DNA of 64,000 bases from Chlamydiales bacterium (lineage in GTDB: Bacteria > Chlamydiota > Chlamydiia > Chlamydiales > JAAKFR01), in assembly GCA_020831465.1 (NCBI GenBank), contig JAFIGI010000030.1, forward strand, positions 11,891-75,890. The letters run 5' to 3'. Shown here one piece after another: positions 29,045 to 39,381 of the stretch. Each line of letters begins with the position of its first letter. Position 1 is the first letter of the stretch. Position numbers and translations under genes: made by a program. The notes below the pieces were generated by a model. That model worked only from the letters and a program-made list of their open reading frames with translations, was not told the origin of the DNA and did not search any database.

Positions 29045-30301
29045 ATGAGCGCAGCAATTCATTCTCAACTTAAAGAGGGAAGCGTACTGGGGGGTATTCT
29101 TCTGATCGCCGGCAGCTGCATCGGAGCAGGAATGTTGGCTCTCCCTGTCATCACAGGGGTTGGAGGATTCACGCCCTCTCTTTTCATGTTTCTCCTCGCA
29201 TGGGCTTTCATGACTTCAACTGGGCTTCTCCTTCTTGAGGCAAACCTAGCCATCGGGCATGACCTTAGCCTGATTTCCATTGCCGAAAGAACATTGGGAA
29301 AAGGGGGGAAAGTCCTCTGTTGGATCCTCTTTCTTTTCCTCTTCTACTCGCTAAGCATCGCCTATATCGCAGCAAGCGGATCTATTTTGCAGTCGATTAC
29401 CGCCGACCTCTTCGGAATGGACTTTCCGATCTGGGCCGGAAGCCTCTTGTTCACAGGAATTTTTGCCTTCGTGCTTTATATCGGAACGCGCCCGGTCGAC
29501 TACGTTAATCGATTTCTGATGATCGGGCTTGTTGCGGCCTATTTCATTCTCGTCCTGCTCGGTAGCCTACATATCAATCCGGAAAATCTGGCCGTAAAGC
29601 AGTGGAGATACGCATTTGCAGCCCTTCCTGTGCTCATCATCTCCTTCGGTTTCCACAATATGATCCCCTCTATTGCGATGTATATGAAGGGGGATGTCAA
29701 GCGTTTGCGCATCACGGTATTGGCTGGAAGCGTCATCCCGCTTCTGATTTATTTGGTTTGGGAAGCCGTTATGCTCGGAATCATCCCCTTGAAAGGGCGC
29801 GAAGGGCTGATGCATGCACTTGATCACGGCGAAGCCGCGACCGAGGCGCTTCGCGCTGTCGTCGGAAGATCGTGGATTAATACTATCGCGCAAGCCTTCG
29901 CCCTCTTCGCAATCATCACCTCTTTTCTCGCTCAATCACTCAGCCTGGTCGATTTTCTAGCTGACGGGCTTAAAATATCGAAAGTCGGATTAGGGAGGGC
30001 TTTTCTCGTTCTTTTGACATTGGCCCCTCCCTTCGCGTTCGCATTTGCCTACCCGGGAATTTTTATTGAAGCGCTCAATATGGCTGGAGGATTTTCGGCT
30101 GTGGTTCTATTTGGTGCAATGCCTGTGATGATGGTCTGGGTTTTGCGCTATAAACGGAATCAGGTAACGGCGCATATCCTCCCTTTTGGACGTTTTGTTC
30201 TTGCCTGCGTCATGCTGATTGCGGTCGCTATTTTTCTGCTCGAAACAGCTCAAGAGCTTGGTCTCTCGCTTCTCCCTAAACATGTCGAGGCGATTCCATG
30301 A
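29045..30301 (+). CDS. tyrP: Aromatic amino-acid (Tyr/Trp) permease, HAAAP family, copy 1
   Basis: 418 aa, about 11 TM, with N-terminal [17 protein letters not shown]. Confidence 0.85.
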   Translation: MSAAIHSQLKEGSVLGGILLIAGSCIGAGMLALPVITGVGGFTPSLFMFLLAWAFMTSTGLLLLEANLAIGHDLSLISIAERTLGKGGKVLCWILFLFLFYSLSIAYIAASGSILQSITADLFGMDFPIWAGSLLFTGIFAFVLYIGTRPVDYVNRFLMIGLVAAYFILVLLGSLHINPENLAVKQWRYAFAALPVLIISFGFHNMIPSIAMYMKGDVKRLRITVLAGSVIPLLIYLVWEAVMLGIIPLKGREGLMHALDHGEAATEALRAVVGRSWINTIAQAFALFAIITSFLAQSLSLVDFLADGLKISKVGLGRAFLVLLTLAPPFAFAFAYPGIFIEALNMAGGFSAVVLFGAMPVMMVWVLRYKRNQVTAHILPFGRFVLACVMLIAVAIFLLETAQELGLSLLPKHVEAIP

Positions 30302-31503
30302 TCGGTAAAAAAAATCGCATGGTCGGGGCGATTCTCCTTGTCTCAGGGACGACAATCGGAGCCGGGATGCTTGCGCTGCCTGTAACTACCGGACTTGCCG
30401 GTTTTATTCCCTCTCTGGTCATCATGACCGCGATCTGGCTTTTTATGATGCTCACCGCTTTCTATCTTCTCGAGGTGAATTTGCGCCTCAAAGGAGAGAG
30501 CAACCTCATTTCAATGACCCGTACCACCCTTGGAAGGCCTGGTGAGGTTGTTTCGTGGATCACCTATTTGCTCCTTCTCTACTCCCTCGCGGCGGCCTAT
30601 ATGGTCGGATGTAGCCAGATCCTAGAGGATGTTTTAGGAGGATTTCTTCCCTTCGCGATACCTGATTGGGTATGGCCCTTCTCGATTTTTTTGATTTTCG
30701 GGGTTTTTGTTTACTTCGGGACTGAGGTTGTCGATATGCTCAACCGCGTGCTGATGGGCGGCTTGGCGGTCGCCTATTTCAGCCTGATCGGCCTTGGATG
30801 CTGCAGAGTCGCCCCCCCTATGCTCACCTACTTCGATTGGAACTTTCTCCTCCCCTCCGTCTCAGTAGTCCTGACTACATTCGGTTATCACATTATTATT
30901 CCGACCCTTACGACCTACTTGGAACACGATGGTAAGCTTTTAAAGCGGGCAATTATTATCGGAAGTTTGATTCCCTTTTTTATCTATCTCGTCTGGCAGT
31001 TTCTTGTTATGAGTGTTGTCCCCATACATGGCGATTACAGCCTCACCGAGGCGGCACAAAAAGGACTTCAGGTCACTCTCTTTTTGACTATTCTTTTGGA
31101 TAGCCCTTGGATCGGAATCGCCGTCCGCGCCTTCGCCTTTTTCGCGATCGTTACCTCTCTTCTTGGGGTTTCTCTGAGCCTCTCCGATTTTTTGGCCGAC
31201 GGCTTGAAAATCAAAAAAACCCAAAGGGGGAAGTTCTTTTTGATCATGCTTACCTTCGCACCGCCCCTTTTATTCGCCCTCTTTTATCCGCAAGGGTTTA
31301 TCACCGCCCTAAATTATGCAGGAATCTTCGTTGTCATCCTCCTTGCTCTGCTACCGAGTTTGATGGCATGGTGCGAACGCTATGGCCCCGAAACCGATCG
31401 ATCGTTTATAAAATCAGACTTTAAGGTCTTTGGCGGAAAAGGGCTTCTCATTTTCACGATTCTTTTTTCCGTCTTCTTAATGGGAGTTGAAATTTTTTCA
31501 TGA
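30298..31503 (+). CDS. tyrP: Aromatic amino-acid (Tyr/Trp) permease, HAAAP family, copy 2
   Basis: 401 aa with [17 protein letters not shown]. It is a tandem paralogue, with an ATGA overlap to copy 1 and another to trpS. Confidence 0.85.
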   Translation: MIGKKNRMVGAILLVSGTTIGAGMLALPVTTGLAGFIPSLVIMTAIWLFMMLTAFYLLEVNLRLKGESNLISMTRTTLGRPGEVVSWITYLLLLYSLAAAYMVGCSQILEDVLGGFLPFAIPDWVWPFSIFLIFGVFVYFGTEVVDMLNRVLMGGLAVAYFSLIGLGCCRVAPPMLTYFDWNFLLPSVSVVLTTFGYHIIIPTLTTYLEHDGKLLKRAIIIGSLIPFFIYLVWQFLVMSVVPIHGDYSLTEAAQKGLQVTLFLTILLDSPWIGIAVRAFAFFAIVTSLLGVSLSLSDFLADGLKIKKTQRGKFFLIMLTFAPPLLFALFYPQGFITALNYAGIFVVILLALLPSLMAWCERYGPETDRSFIKSDFKVFGGKGLLIFTILFSVFLMGVEIFS

Positions 31504-32537
31504 AAAAACGCGTTTTAACAGGCGACCGTCCAACAGGAAAACTCCATTTGGGGCACTGGGTCGGGTCGATTCGCAACCGGGTCGCCTTACAAGATGAATA
31601 TGAGTGCTATTTTTTGATCGCCGATTTGCACACCCTCACGACGAAACCACAAAAAAACGAGATCATCGAGTTACGCACCCTTGTAAGGGAGGCCCTCCTC
31701 GACTGGCTGAGCTGCGGTATCGACCCGCGAAAATCGACGATCTACCTTCAATCGGCTATTCCCGAGATCTACGAGATGAATCTCATCTTCGAAATGCTTG
31801 TCTCGATCAACCGCCTCACGGGACTTCCCAGCATTAAAGAGATGGCCCGCAACGCTCACATCCCTGAGGAGAGCATCCCTTTTGGCTTGATCGGCTACCC
31901 CGTGCTCCAGAGCGCCGACATCTTGATGCCGCGTGCCCATCTCGTTCCGGTCGGTAAGGATAATGAGTCCCACGTGGAACTCGCACGTGATATTGCCAGG
32001 AGGTTCAACCAGTACTACGGCGAAGTTTTCCCCCAGCCTGAAGTGCTTTTGAGCGAAACACCAACGCTGATCGGCATCGACGGCAAGGGGAAGATGAGCA
32101 AATCGGCTGGTAACGCAATCTACCTCTCCGACACGCCTAAAGAGGTTGAGAAAAAGGTGCGGGGGATGTTTACAGATCCCAACCGGACCCACGCAAACGT
32201 CCCCGGCAAGGTTGAAGGGAACCCTCTTTTTATCTTCCACGATACCTTCAACCCGAATAAGGAGGAGGTTGAAGAGTTTAAGAGGCGCTATCGCGAAGGG
32301 GCGATTGGAGATGTTGAAATCAAGGCGCGCCTTGCTGAGGAGCTTAACCGTTTTCTGGAGCCAATGCGCGAGCGGCGCAAAGAGTATGAGGGGGAGAAAG
32401 GGGCGATCGAAAAGATTATCTATGAAGGGACAATGAAAATGCGCGAGGTTGCCAAGGAGAGCGTGAAAGAGATGCGGAGCGCCATGGGCTTGACCGGCTG
32501 TTGGAATAAAATCTCACGAATCGCGCGAGATGTTTAA
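31500..32537 (+). CDS. trpS: Tryptophan--tRNA ligase
   Basis: 345 aa with the HIGH-type motif GKLHLGHW and KMSKS. Confidence 0.95.
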   Translation: MKKRVLTGDRPTGKLHLGHWVGSIRNRVALQDEYECYFLIADLHTLTTKPQKNEIIELRTLVREALLDWLSCGIDPRKSTIYLQSAIPEIYEMNLIFEMLVSINRLTGLPSIKEMARNAHIPEESIPFGLIGYPVLQSADILMPRAHLVPVGKDNESHVELARDIARRFNQYYGEVFPQPEVLLSETPTLIGIDGKGKMSKSAGNAIYLSDTPKEVEKKVRGMFTDPNRTHANVPGKVEGNPLFIFHDTFNPNKEEVEEFKRRYREGAIGDVEIKARLAEELNRFLEPMRERRKEYEGEKGAIEKIIYEGTMKMREVAKESVKEMRSAMGLTGCWNKISRIARDV

Positions 32538-34527
32538 GCTAAAGACCGATTTTAGCCCTTGCGGAGACCAACCTGCCGCGATCGAAAAGCTTGTTTCAGG
32601 TATAATCGAAGGCAAGCCCGCCCAGGTTCTATTGGGCGTTACAGGTTCCGGTAAAACCTACACTATGGCGAATATTATCGAGAGGACCGGCAAACCTGCC
32701 CTTATCCTTGCCCATAACAAAACCCTTGCCGCTCAACTCTATCAGGAGTTCAAAAACTTTTTCCCCGACAATGCCGTCGAATATTTCGTTTCCTACTACG
32801 ACTATTACCAGCCGGAGGCCTATCTCCCCCGCACAGATACCTACATAGAAAAGGATCTTTCGATCAACGACGAAATTGACAAGATGCGCCTCTCTGCAAC
32901 CCGCTCGCTCATCGAAAGAGAGGATGTGCTGATTGTTGCCTCTGTATCCTGTATCTACGGCCTCGGCCTTCCCGAGTACTATGCCCAGATGAACCTCACC
33001 TTTCGCCTAGGCGAAAAGCGGAGAAGGGACGAGGTTTTGCTCCATCTCGTCGAAATGCATTACAAGCGCAACGATATCGACTTTTTCCGCGGCATCTTCC
33101 GCGTTAGGGGCGACATTCTCGAAATCTATCCTGCGTATGAGGAAGACCTTGCCTATCGGATCGAATTTTTTGACGACGATGTCGAACGGATCAGCGAGAT
33201 CGAGCCTCTTACAGGAAAGGTGCGGAAACGCCTCGAAAGCGTGACACTCTACCCCGGATCGCACCACGTGACGCCGCACGCCGTGCGCCTTCGCGCTCTT
33301 GAGACAATCCGCGCCGAGCTCGAAGAGAGGATCGCCTATTTAGAAGCTGAGGGCAAGGTCGTAGAGTGTGAACGGATTCGTCAGCGGACTCTCTACGACC
33401 TTGAAATGATCAAAGAGGTTGGGTTTTGCAAAGGAATTGAGAACTATTCGCGCCACTTTTCCGGGCGTGGACCAGGTGACCCCCCTCCCTGCCTGCTCGA
33501 CTATTTTCCGGAAGACTACCTCTTGTTTGTCGACGAATCGCACCAGACGATCCCACAGCTTCACGCGATGTACAACGGCGATCGCGCTCGTAAAAAAGCG
33601 CTTGTCGATTTCGGATTCCGCCTTCCCTCTGCCTATGACAACCGTCCTTTAAAGTTTCGCGAGACTCTCGAGCGGATTCATCAAGTTGTCTACGTCTCCG
33701 CTACGCCCGGAAAATGGGAGATCGAGGAAGCGGAAGGAGAGTGGGTGGAGCAGATCATTCGCCCCACGGGGCTTCTCGATCCCCGGATAGAAGTCCGTCC
33801 TGCGACCGGTCAGGTCGACGACGTTTTGGAAGAGATCCGCACTCACACAGAAAAGGGGGGACGCGTGCTTGTCACCACACTAACCAAGCGCCTTTCCGAA
33901 GACCTAACCAGCTACCTTCTTGAGCTCGGGGTGAAAGCGAAGTACCTTCACTCCGATATTGACACTCTTGAGCGGGTACAGATTTTACGCGATTTGCGGA
34001 TCGGCACATTCGATGTTCTTGTTGGAATCAACCTTCTTAGAGAGGGTCTTGATCTACCCGAAGTCTCGCTCGTCGCGATACTGGATGCCGACAAGCAAGG
34101 TTTTTTGCGTAGTCAAACAGCGTTGGTCCAGACCTGTGGCAGGGCAGCGCGCAATGCCGAAGGGCGTGTCATTATGTACGCAGATATCGAAACTGAGGCG
34201 ATCCGCAATACGATTGCCATCACGGAGGAGCGCCGCGCCCGCCAGATCGCCTACAACAAAAAGCATGGTATCGTCCCTAAAACCATCAAGCGCGACCTCG
34301 GCGTCGAAATGGGCCTTCCAAAAGACGCGTGGGAGCCTAAGGACGAGCCTGTCCTGACCCTTCACGAGAAGAGGCACGAATACCTCACCCCCAAGGATTT
34401 GGAAAAGAAAATCAAAGAGTACGAGCGGCTTATGCGTCAAGCTGCCAAAGAATTCCGCTTCGAAGATGCTGCGAAATACCGCGACCTTATGCGCAAGTAC
34501 AAGAACATGGAAATGCGTATCGGATGA
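32530..34527 (+). CDS. uvrB: Excinuclease ABC subunit B
   Basis: 665 aa with [15 protein letters not shown] and a C-terminal UVR motif ([14 protein letters not shown]). It overlaps trpS by 8 nt. Confidence 0.97.
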   Translation: MFKLKTDFSPCGDQPAAIEKLVSGIIEGKPAQVLLGVTGSGKTYTMANIIERTGKPALILAHNKTLAAQLYQEFKNFFPDNAVEYFVSYYDYYQPEAYLPRTDTYIEKDLSINDEIDKMRLSATRSLIEREDVLIVASVSCIYGLGLPEYYAQMNLTFRLGEKRRRDEVLLHLVEMHYKRNDIDFFRGIFRVRGDILEIYPAYEEDLAYRIEFFDDDVERISEIEPLTGKVRKRLESVTLYPGSHHVTPHAVRLRALETIRAELEERIAYLEAEGKVVECERIRQRTLYDLEMIKEVGFCKGIENYSRHFSGRGPGDPPPCLLDYFPEDYLLFVDESHQTIPQLHAMYNGDRARKKALVDFGFRLPSAYDNRPLKFRETLERIHQVVYVSATPGKWEIEEAEGEWVEQIIRPTGLLDPRIEVRPATGQVDDVLEEIRTHTEKGGRVLVTTLTKRLSEDLTSYLLELGVKAKYLHSDIDTLERVQILRDLRIGTFDVLVGINLLREGLDLPEVSLVAILDADKQGFLRSQTALVQTCGRAARNAEGRVIMYADIETEAIRNTIAITEERRARQIAYNKKHGIVPKTIKRDLGVEMGLPKDAWEPKDEPVLTLHEKRHEYLTPKDLEKKIKEYERLMRQAAKEFRFEDAAKYRDLMRKYKNMEMRIG

Positions 34528-34557
34528 TTTTTTTCTTGCCTTTACGAAGAGTTCTCG

Positions 34558-34591
34558 CATATAGCTAAGTTTTTCAACTGATTCTGCTATA
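34558..34591. repeat. Palindromic repeat, internally deleted copy
   Basis: catatagc-taag-tttttcaactgattctgctata. It keeps the outer 7 nt of the left arm, part of the loop and a full right arm. Confidence 0.8.
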
Positions 34592-34629
34592 AATAAGAAT
34601 AAAACCCAAAAAGGTTTACCGGACTTTTA

Positions 34630-35100
34630 GTGAAAAAATATTATGTTCTGATCCTTTTCATCGCTCTTGTCCTACTCATTCAGTGGGCGGGGTCGCTCTT
34701 TACCTTTAGCTCGGTTCAAGATTGGTATCCGGAGCTTCGTAAACCTCAATGGACTCCGCCCGCCTGGGTTTTCGGACCCGTATGGACCATTTTGTACCTC
34801 ACAATTGCAGTCTCGGGCTGGCTTGTCTACATGAAAGCTCCCTCTGAAACAGAAAGGAGAGGAGGCCTCATTATCTACGGGATCCAACTCTTTTTCAATT
34901 TTTTCTGGTCCTTTTTTTTCTTTTACTTACGAAGTCCCGGCCTAGGATTGCTCAATATTCTCGTATTGGTTGTATTGATTTTAGCTAACATTGTGGTCTT
35001 TTGTAAGATATATAAACCTGCTGCTCTTCTTTTGATTCCCTATTTCTTATGGGTCTTTTACGCCGCAACATTAAATATGGCGATTTGGAGCTTGAATTGA
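34630..35100 (+). CDS. tspO: TspO/MBR tryptophan-rich sensory protein
   Basis: 156 aa, 5 TM, GTG start. Motifs WYPELRKPQWTPPAWVFGPVWTILY and FFWSFFFF. Confidence 0.88.
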   Translation: MKKYYVLILFIALVLLIQWAGSLFTFSSVQDWYPELRKPQWTPPAWVFGPVWTILYLTIAVSGWLVYMKAPSETERRGGLIIYGIQLFFNFFWSFFFFYLRSPGLGLLNILVLVVLILANIVVFCKIYKPAALLLIPYFLWVFYAATLNMAIWSLN

Positions 35101-35102
35101 TA

Positions 35103-36548
35103 ATGAGTCGAATTATTGTGACAGGCGCCACAGGATTTATCGGAAAAAGGCTGGTCGGGGAATTACTCGACAAGGGCCATACAGTTTATGCTCTTTGCCG
35201 TATCCGCGGGACGAAGCTCGGTTCGCTAACCCACCCCAATCTACATATCCTTTACGGAGATCTTGAAGAGCCCGAAAAAATGGAACCTCTTCCGAAAGAG
35301 ATCGATGCCGCCTACTATCTGATTCATTCAATGGCGAAGAAATTGAAAGATTTAAAGGAAAAAGAGGTAGAAGTTGCCCAAAACTTCGTCCATCTTGTTG
35401 ATCAAACAGAGTGCAAACAAATCCTCTATTTAGGAGGAATCATCGAACCCGGCTCCCAACTCTCTCCTCATTTGCTTTCACGCAAAGCTGTGGAGGAGGT
35501 CCTCAATAAAGCCAAAGCTCCCCTGACCGTTTTGCGCGCGAGCATCATTATTGGCTCCGGAGGAGCCTCATTCGAGATCATTCGAGATCTTGTGGAAAAA
35601 ATTCCTTTGATGGTTGCTCCCCGCTGGGTAAAAACCCTTTGCCAACCGATCGCAATTCGCGACGTGCTTTTTTATCTAGAAGAGAGCCTTTTAAATCCGG
35701 CAATGTTCGAACAAACGCTTGACATAGGTGGCCCGGAAGCGATCTCCTTTAGAGATATTCTATTGCGTTACGCGGCATTTCGAAAGCTTAAACGCTATAT
35801 TATTGACGTTCCGGTATTGACTCCCAAACTCTCAAGTTACTGGCTTGTATTCACGACTTCCGTACGCTTTTCCCTTTGCAGTTACCTAGTTGAGAGCATG
35901 AAAAGCAATAGCGTCTGCCTTAATGCAAAGATACAAGAGCTGCTTCCTCACAAATGCCTCAATTTTGAAGAATCGCTTGAATACGCTTTTTCGAGCATAG
36001 AGAAAAATGAGCTGAAGTCAACCTGGATGGATGCTTGGCTTGTTGAAGGGAAGAGCCCCGACATTGCGAAATTTACGGAAATTCCTGCGGAAGGCTGCTT
36101 TAAGGAGGTTATGAAAGAATCTATTCGCGACTCGCGTGAAGCAGCGATAAACCGTGTTTGGAGTTTGGGAGGGGATCATGGCTGGTATAGTTTAGATTGG
36201 GCTTGGAAGATTCGAGGGTTTATCGACAAATTGACCGGCGGCCCCGGTATGAACCGAGGGAGGCGCCATCCCACGGAGCTCGATGTTGAGGATCCTGTCG
36301 ATTTCTGGCGCGTCATTAAAGCAGATAAAGTTAAGGGGGACTTAATACTTTACGCCGAGATGAATTTGCCCGGAGAGGCGTGGCTCAAGTTTGAAGTCGA
36401 TGGCGAGAACGTCTACCAAATCGTGGTCTTTCGTCCGAAAGGACTCTTTGGCAGGCTTTATTGGTATGCTATGCTCCCTTTTCATGCGATTATTTTTCGA
36501 AATATGGTTAAGGGTTTGGCCGGGGCTTTCACGCAGGTAAAAATGTAA
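35103..36548 (+). CDS. NAD(P)-binding SDR/epimerase-family protein with a C-terminal DUF2867-like domain
   Basis: Trimmed to ATG 35103, 2 nt after the tspO stop. Rossmann motif IIVTGATGFIGKRLV. The C-terminal GGDHGWYSLDWAWKIRGFIDKLTGGPGMNRGRR...DFWRV resembles DUF2867 as I recall it. Confidence 0.75.
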   Translation: MSRIIVTGATGFIGKRLVGELLDKGHTVYALCRIRGTKLGSLTHPNLHILYGDLEEPEKMEPLPKEIDAAYYLIHSMAKKLKDLKEKEVEVAQNFVHLVDQTECKQILYLGGIIEPGSQLSPHLLSRKAVEEVLNKAKAPLTVLRASIIIGSGGASFEIIRDLVEKIPLMVAPRWVKTLCQPIAIRDVLFYLEESLLNPAMFEQTLDIGGPEAISFRDILLRYAAFRKLKRYIIDVPVLTPKLSSYWLVFTTSVRFSLCSYLVESMKSNSVCLNAKIQELLPHKCLNFEESLEYAFSSIEKNELKSTWMDAWLVEGKSPDIAKFTEIPAEGCFKEVMKESIRDSREAAINRVWSLGGDHGWYSLDWAWKIRGFIDKLTGGPGMNRGRRHPTELDVEDPVDFWRVIKADKVKGDLILYAEMNLPGEAWLKFEVDGENVYQIVVFRPKGLFGRLYWYAMLPFHAIIFRNMVKGLAGAFTQVKM

Positions 36549-36573
36549 ATTTTTCAACTGTTTCTGCTATATA
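36540..36573. repeat. Palindromic repeat, loop plus right arm
   Basis: aaaatgtaaatttttcaactgtttctgctatata. The stop codon (and last codons) of the SDR gene lie inside the element loop. Confidence 0.8.
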
Positions 36574-37925
36574 GATTTGTAATTCGCAAGCGCCTTTTTC
36601 GACTCTATAGCATGATCGACAATCGGTAGAGGATACTCCTCCTCTTTTTCTTCTTTGTACCACTCATGGATTCTCTTAGGATCTTTATCAAGGAGCTCCG
36701 GAATCCATTTTTTGATATAGTGGCATTCACTATCAAACTTAATCTGCTGCCTCCAAGGGTTGAATATACGAAAATAGGGTTGTGCATCGCATCCTGTACT
36801 TGCAGCCCACTGCCAATTGCCGTTATTCACAGCAGGATCATAGTCTAGAAGATGTTGGGCGAAATACTTTTCCCCTTTTTTCCAATCAAGATGAAGATCT
36901 TTAACGAAAAAAGAGGCAACTATCATACGGACGCGGTTGTGCATGTATCCGGTTTGATTGAGCTCGCGCATACCGGCATCTACAATCGGGAAACCCGTTC
37001 TCCCCTCGCACCAACTTTTGAAGTGCGAAGAGCTTTTAGACCAATTGAGACGATCATATTTCTCATGAAAAGCTCCTCCAAAGACGTAGGGGAAGTAGAA
37101 AGCAATACTCGAGAAAAAATCCCTCCAATAGAGCGAGCGTGAAAGTGGTGTATTCGGACCAAGGGCCTCTTCTATCTTGTAATAAACTTCTCTTGGCGAA
37201 ACAGTTGTAAATTTAAGGTGGGGGGAAAGATGAGTAGTCGCCTCCATGAAGGGGTAGTCTCTCTCCGGTTCATAACGAGAAAAGCGGTGAAGGTTCTTTA
37301 AAATTCTAAGCGCCTCTTTGCGCCCCCCCTTTTGCGCAACATGGCGGTTCGCTAAAATCTTCTTAAAAGGGGAAGCTTCCTTAGCAAAATCGATCCGGCG
37401 GTTCGAGTAGTTTTTATAGAGATTTTTCCGGGGAGAATCGACAGGGAGTTTTACGGCATTTTTGTAAAAAGGGGTAAAGACCGTATAGGGATTACCATCG
37501 CTTTTCAGCAGATTTTCGGGAGGATGAAGCAAAACGTCGTCAAAGCTTTTGAAAACAACCTCTTTATCTTTGCATACTTTTTGAATTGTTTTATCGCGCT
37601 GAATGCTATAGGGAGTGTAATCTCTGTTCACAACCACCAAGTCAACACCTAGCTTGGTGATGCACTTTTCAACCGCTTTTTGAGGGCTTTCAAAAAAATA
37701 GGAGAGACGCCCTTTCTTTTTTGCGATTTCTTCTTCCAAATCTTCGAGAGATTCGAGCATGAATTGCAAACAAAAATCGCTACGATAGGGGTTGTCGCTG
37801 ATTTGTTCAGGAGTAAAAATGAAGATGCAGAAGACCTCTTCGGCATTTTCCAAGGCATAAATCAACCCTCTATTGTCATGAATCCTTAAATCACGGCGGA
37901 AAATAAAAAGGCCTTTTCCAAACAT
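36567..37925 (-). CDS. phr: Deoxyribodipyrimidine photolyase / cryptochrome family
   Basis: 452 aa with FRRDLRIHDN, TSHLSPHLKFT, GYMHNRVRM and NNGNWQWAASTGCDAQPYFRIFNP. Confidence 0.9.
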   Translation of the reverse strand: MFGKGLFIFRRDLRIHDNRGLIYALENAEEVFCIFIFTPEQISDNPYRSDFCLQFMLESLEDLEEEIAKKKGRLSYFFESPQKAVEKCITKLGVDLVVVNRDYTPYSIQRDKTIQKVCKDKEVVFKSFDDVLLHPPENLLKSDGNPYTVFTPFYKNAVKLPVDSPRKNLYKNYSNRRIDFAKEASPFKKILANRHVAQKGGRKEALRILKNLHRFSRYEPERDYPFMEATTHLSPHLKFTTVSPREVYYKIEEALGPNTPLSRSLYWRDFFSSIAFYFPYVFGGAFHEKYDRLNWSKSSSHFKSWCEGRTGFPIVDAGMRELNQTGYMHNRVRMIVASFFVKDLHLDWKKGEKYFAQHLLDYDPAVNNGNWQWAASTGCDAQPYFRIFNPWRQQIKFDSECHYIKKWIPELLDKDPKRIHEWYKEEKEEEYPLPIVDHAIESKKALANYKSI

Positions 37926-37934
37926 CTACATTCA

Positions 37935-37956
37935 CTCTCAACTGATTCTGTTATAT
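37935..37956. repeat. Palindromic repeat, degenerate right arm
   Basis: ctctcaactgattctgttatat, located between the phr start and the GT2 gene end. Confidence 0.65.
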
Positions 37957-37986
37957 AACATCTTTCGCAAAAAATAACGATAAGCC

Positions 37987-39381
37987 CTAGCTTTTGAAGC
38001 CCTCTTTTTTCATCGTTTTCCATTTTCCTGATTTCCGGAATAGGTAAAGAAATCCTCTTAGCCGCCAATAGACAGAGAGCTGCCTGTATCCAAATGTTTC
38101 AAAAAAACTGTAGGAAATCATTTTCAGAATATGGGAAAAAGTATGGTACTTCCTAAAAAAGATAACTTCCATTAGACAACAGCTGACGTTTAAGAGGTAG
38201 GTAAGCCCTAGTGTAAGAACAATAAATGTGAGAATGAATGGTAAAGTGCTGATCTTCAAAAACCAAGATAAAAGAATAATGACATATCCGATCACTTCGA
38301 TCGCGGGAGAGAGCATCTCTCCGAAAAGAAAATAGGGATAAGACAGAAGTCCGGCAAGCCCGTACTTGGGGTTAAAGCAGATCGATTTGTTGAACCATAA
38401 GGCTTGTATAACCCCTTTGTGCCACCTGCTTCGTTGCCGACCTAGAATCGTGAGATTTTCCGGAACCTCGGTCCAACAAACCGGCTCGGCAATGAAGCCA
38501 GTTGAAGCTTCTTTTTTTTCCCGGATGAGCTCTCTTTTGAGGCGCACGACAATCTCCATATCCTCCCCTTCAATTTTCGTGCGGTACCCATTTATCTTTT
38601 TCAACGCCTCCGTTTTAAATAAGCTGAATGCTCCTGAAATAATTAGGGAGCCTTTTAAAGGCTCCCATCCCATGCGTCCTAAGTAAAAAGCCCTTAAATA
38701 CTCTACAGCTTGGACTCTTCCCAAAAAGCTTTTAGGAAAATCGACCTTTCTGATCCCTTCAGGCCTGATTGTGCATCCATTTGCGACCCGGACGCTCGCT
38801 CCAAAAGCCTGCTTGTCGGGTTGCACGGCCATGAAACGGAGCATGCGGCTCAACTCAAAGTTATCCACCAGTGTATCGGCATCTATCACTAGAAGAAGCT
38901 CGGTTGTACAGGCGTTGATGCCGGCATTAATCGCGTCGGATTTCCCGCCATTCTCCTTGTCTATTACGATCAGATTCGGGTGGGATATACTTTGATAATA
39001 GCCGACTACTCTTTCGGTTTTGATTTCTGGGATGTAGATATTGTGTACCGTTTTTAATTGAAACTGCGTTTTCAATAAGCTGAGGGTTTCATCCGTTGAA
39101 CCATCGTTAACCACGATGATAGTTTTGTTGCTGTATTGAAGGTTTAGAATGGAGTTGATTGAAAAGGTAAGCCCTTGAGCTTCGTTATACGCCGGAACAA
39201 GGATTGTCAAATTCGGAAGACCTTCCGACTGCAAAAATACATCCATTCGTCCCAACTCAATTTTGCGTGAGCGGAAGAAAATAAAGACGATGCCGCAAAG
39301 AAGAAGAAGGAGATAAAGGGCGTTTAACCCCCAAAAATAAAAAAGAACAATGTCTTGCAAATAGATAATGAAATGAGTCAT
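37987..39381 (-). CDS. Processive family-2 glycosyltransferase (PgaC/IcaA/NfrB/cellulose-synthase-like polysaccharide synthase)
   Basis: 464 aa. N-terminal TM(s), then LTILVPAYNE, VVNDGSTDET, GGKSDAINAG, VIDADT, ISGAFSLF, GEDME and QRSRWHKG (the Q-x-x-R-W motif). The C-terminus has 3-4 TM. Confidence 0.85.
   Translation of the reverse strand: MTHFIIYLQDIVLFYFWGLNALYLLLLLCGIVFIFFRSRKIELGRMDVFLQSEGLPNLTILVPAYNEAQGLTFSINSILNLQYSNKTIIVVNDGSTDETLSLLKTQFQLKTVHNIYIPEIKTERVVGYYQSISHPNLIVIDKENGGKSDAINAGINACTTELLLVIDADTLVDNFELSRMLRFMAVQPDKQAFGASVRVANGCTIRPEGIRKVDFPKSFLGRVQAVEYLRAFYLGRMGWEPLKGSLIISGAFSLFKTEALKKINGYRTKIEGEDMEIVVRLKRELIREKKEASTGFIAEPVCWTEVPENLTILGRQRSRWHKGVIQALWFNKSICFNPKYGLAGLLSYPYFLFGEMLSPAIEVIGYVIILLSWFLKISTLPFILTFIVLTLGLTYLLNVSCCLMEVIFFRKYHTFSHILKMISYSFFETFGYRQLSVYWRLRGFLYLFRKSGKWKTMKKEGFKS

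Noticed and set aside
35049-35102. Upstream extensions of track ORFs (35049 for the SDR gene, 19555 for the polyprenyl synthase, 47088 for the response regulator, 63504 for the ccoQ-like gene)
   Set aside because: Each extension overlaps the end of the preceding gene. An ATG placed at or just after the preceding stop gives the canonical N-terminus of the family.
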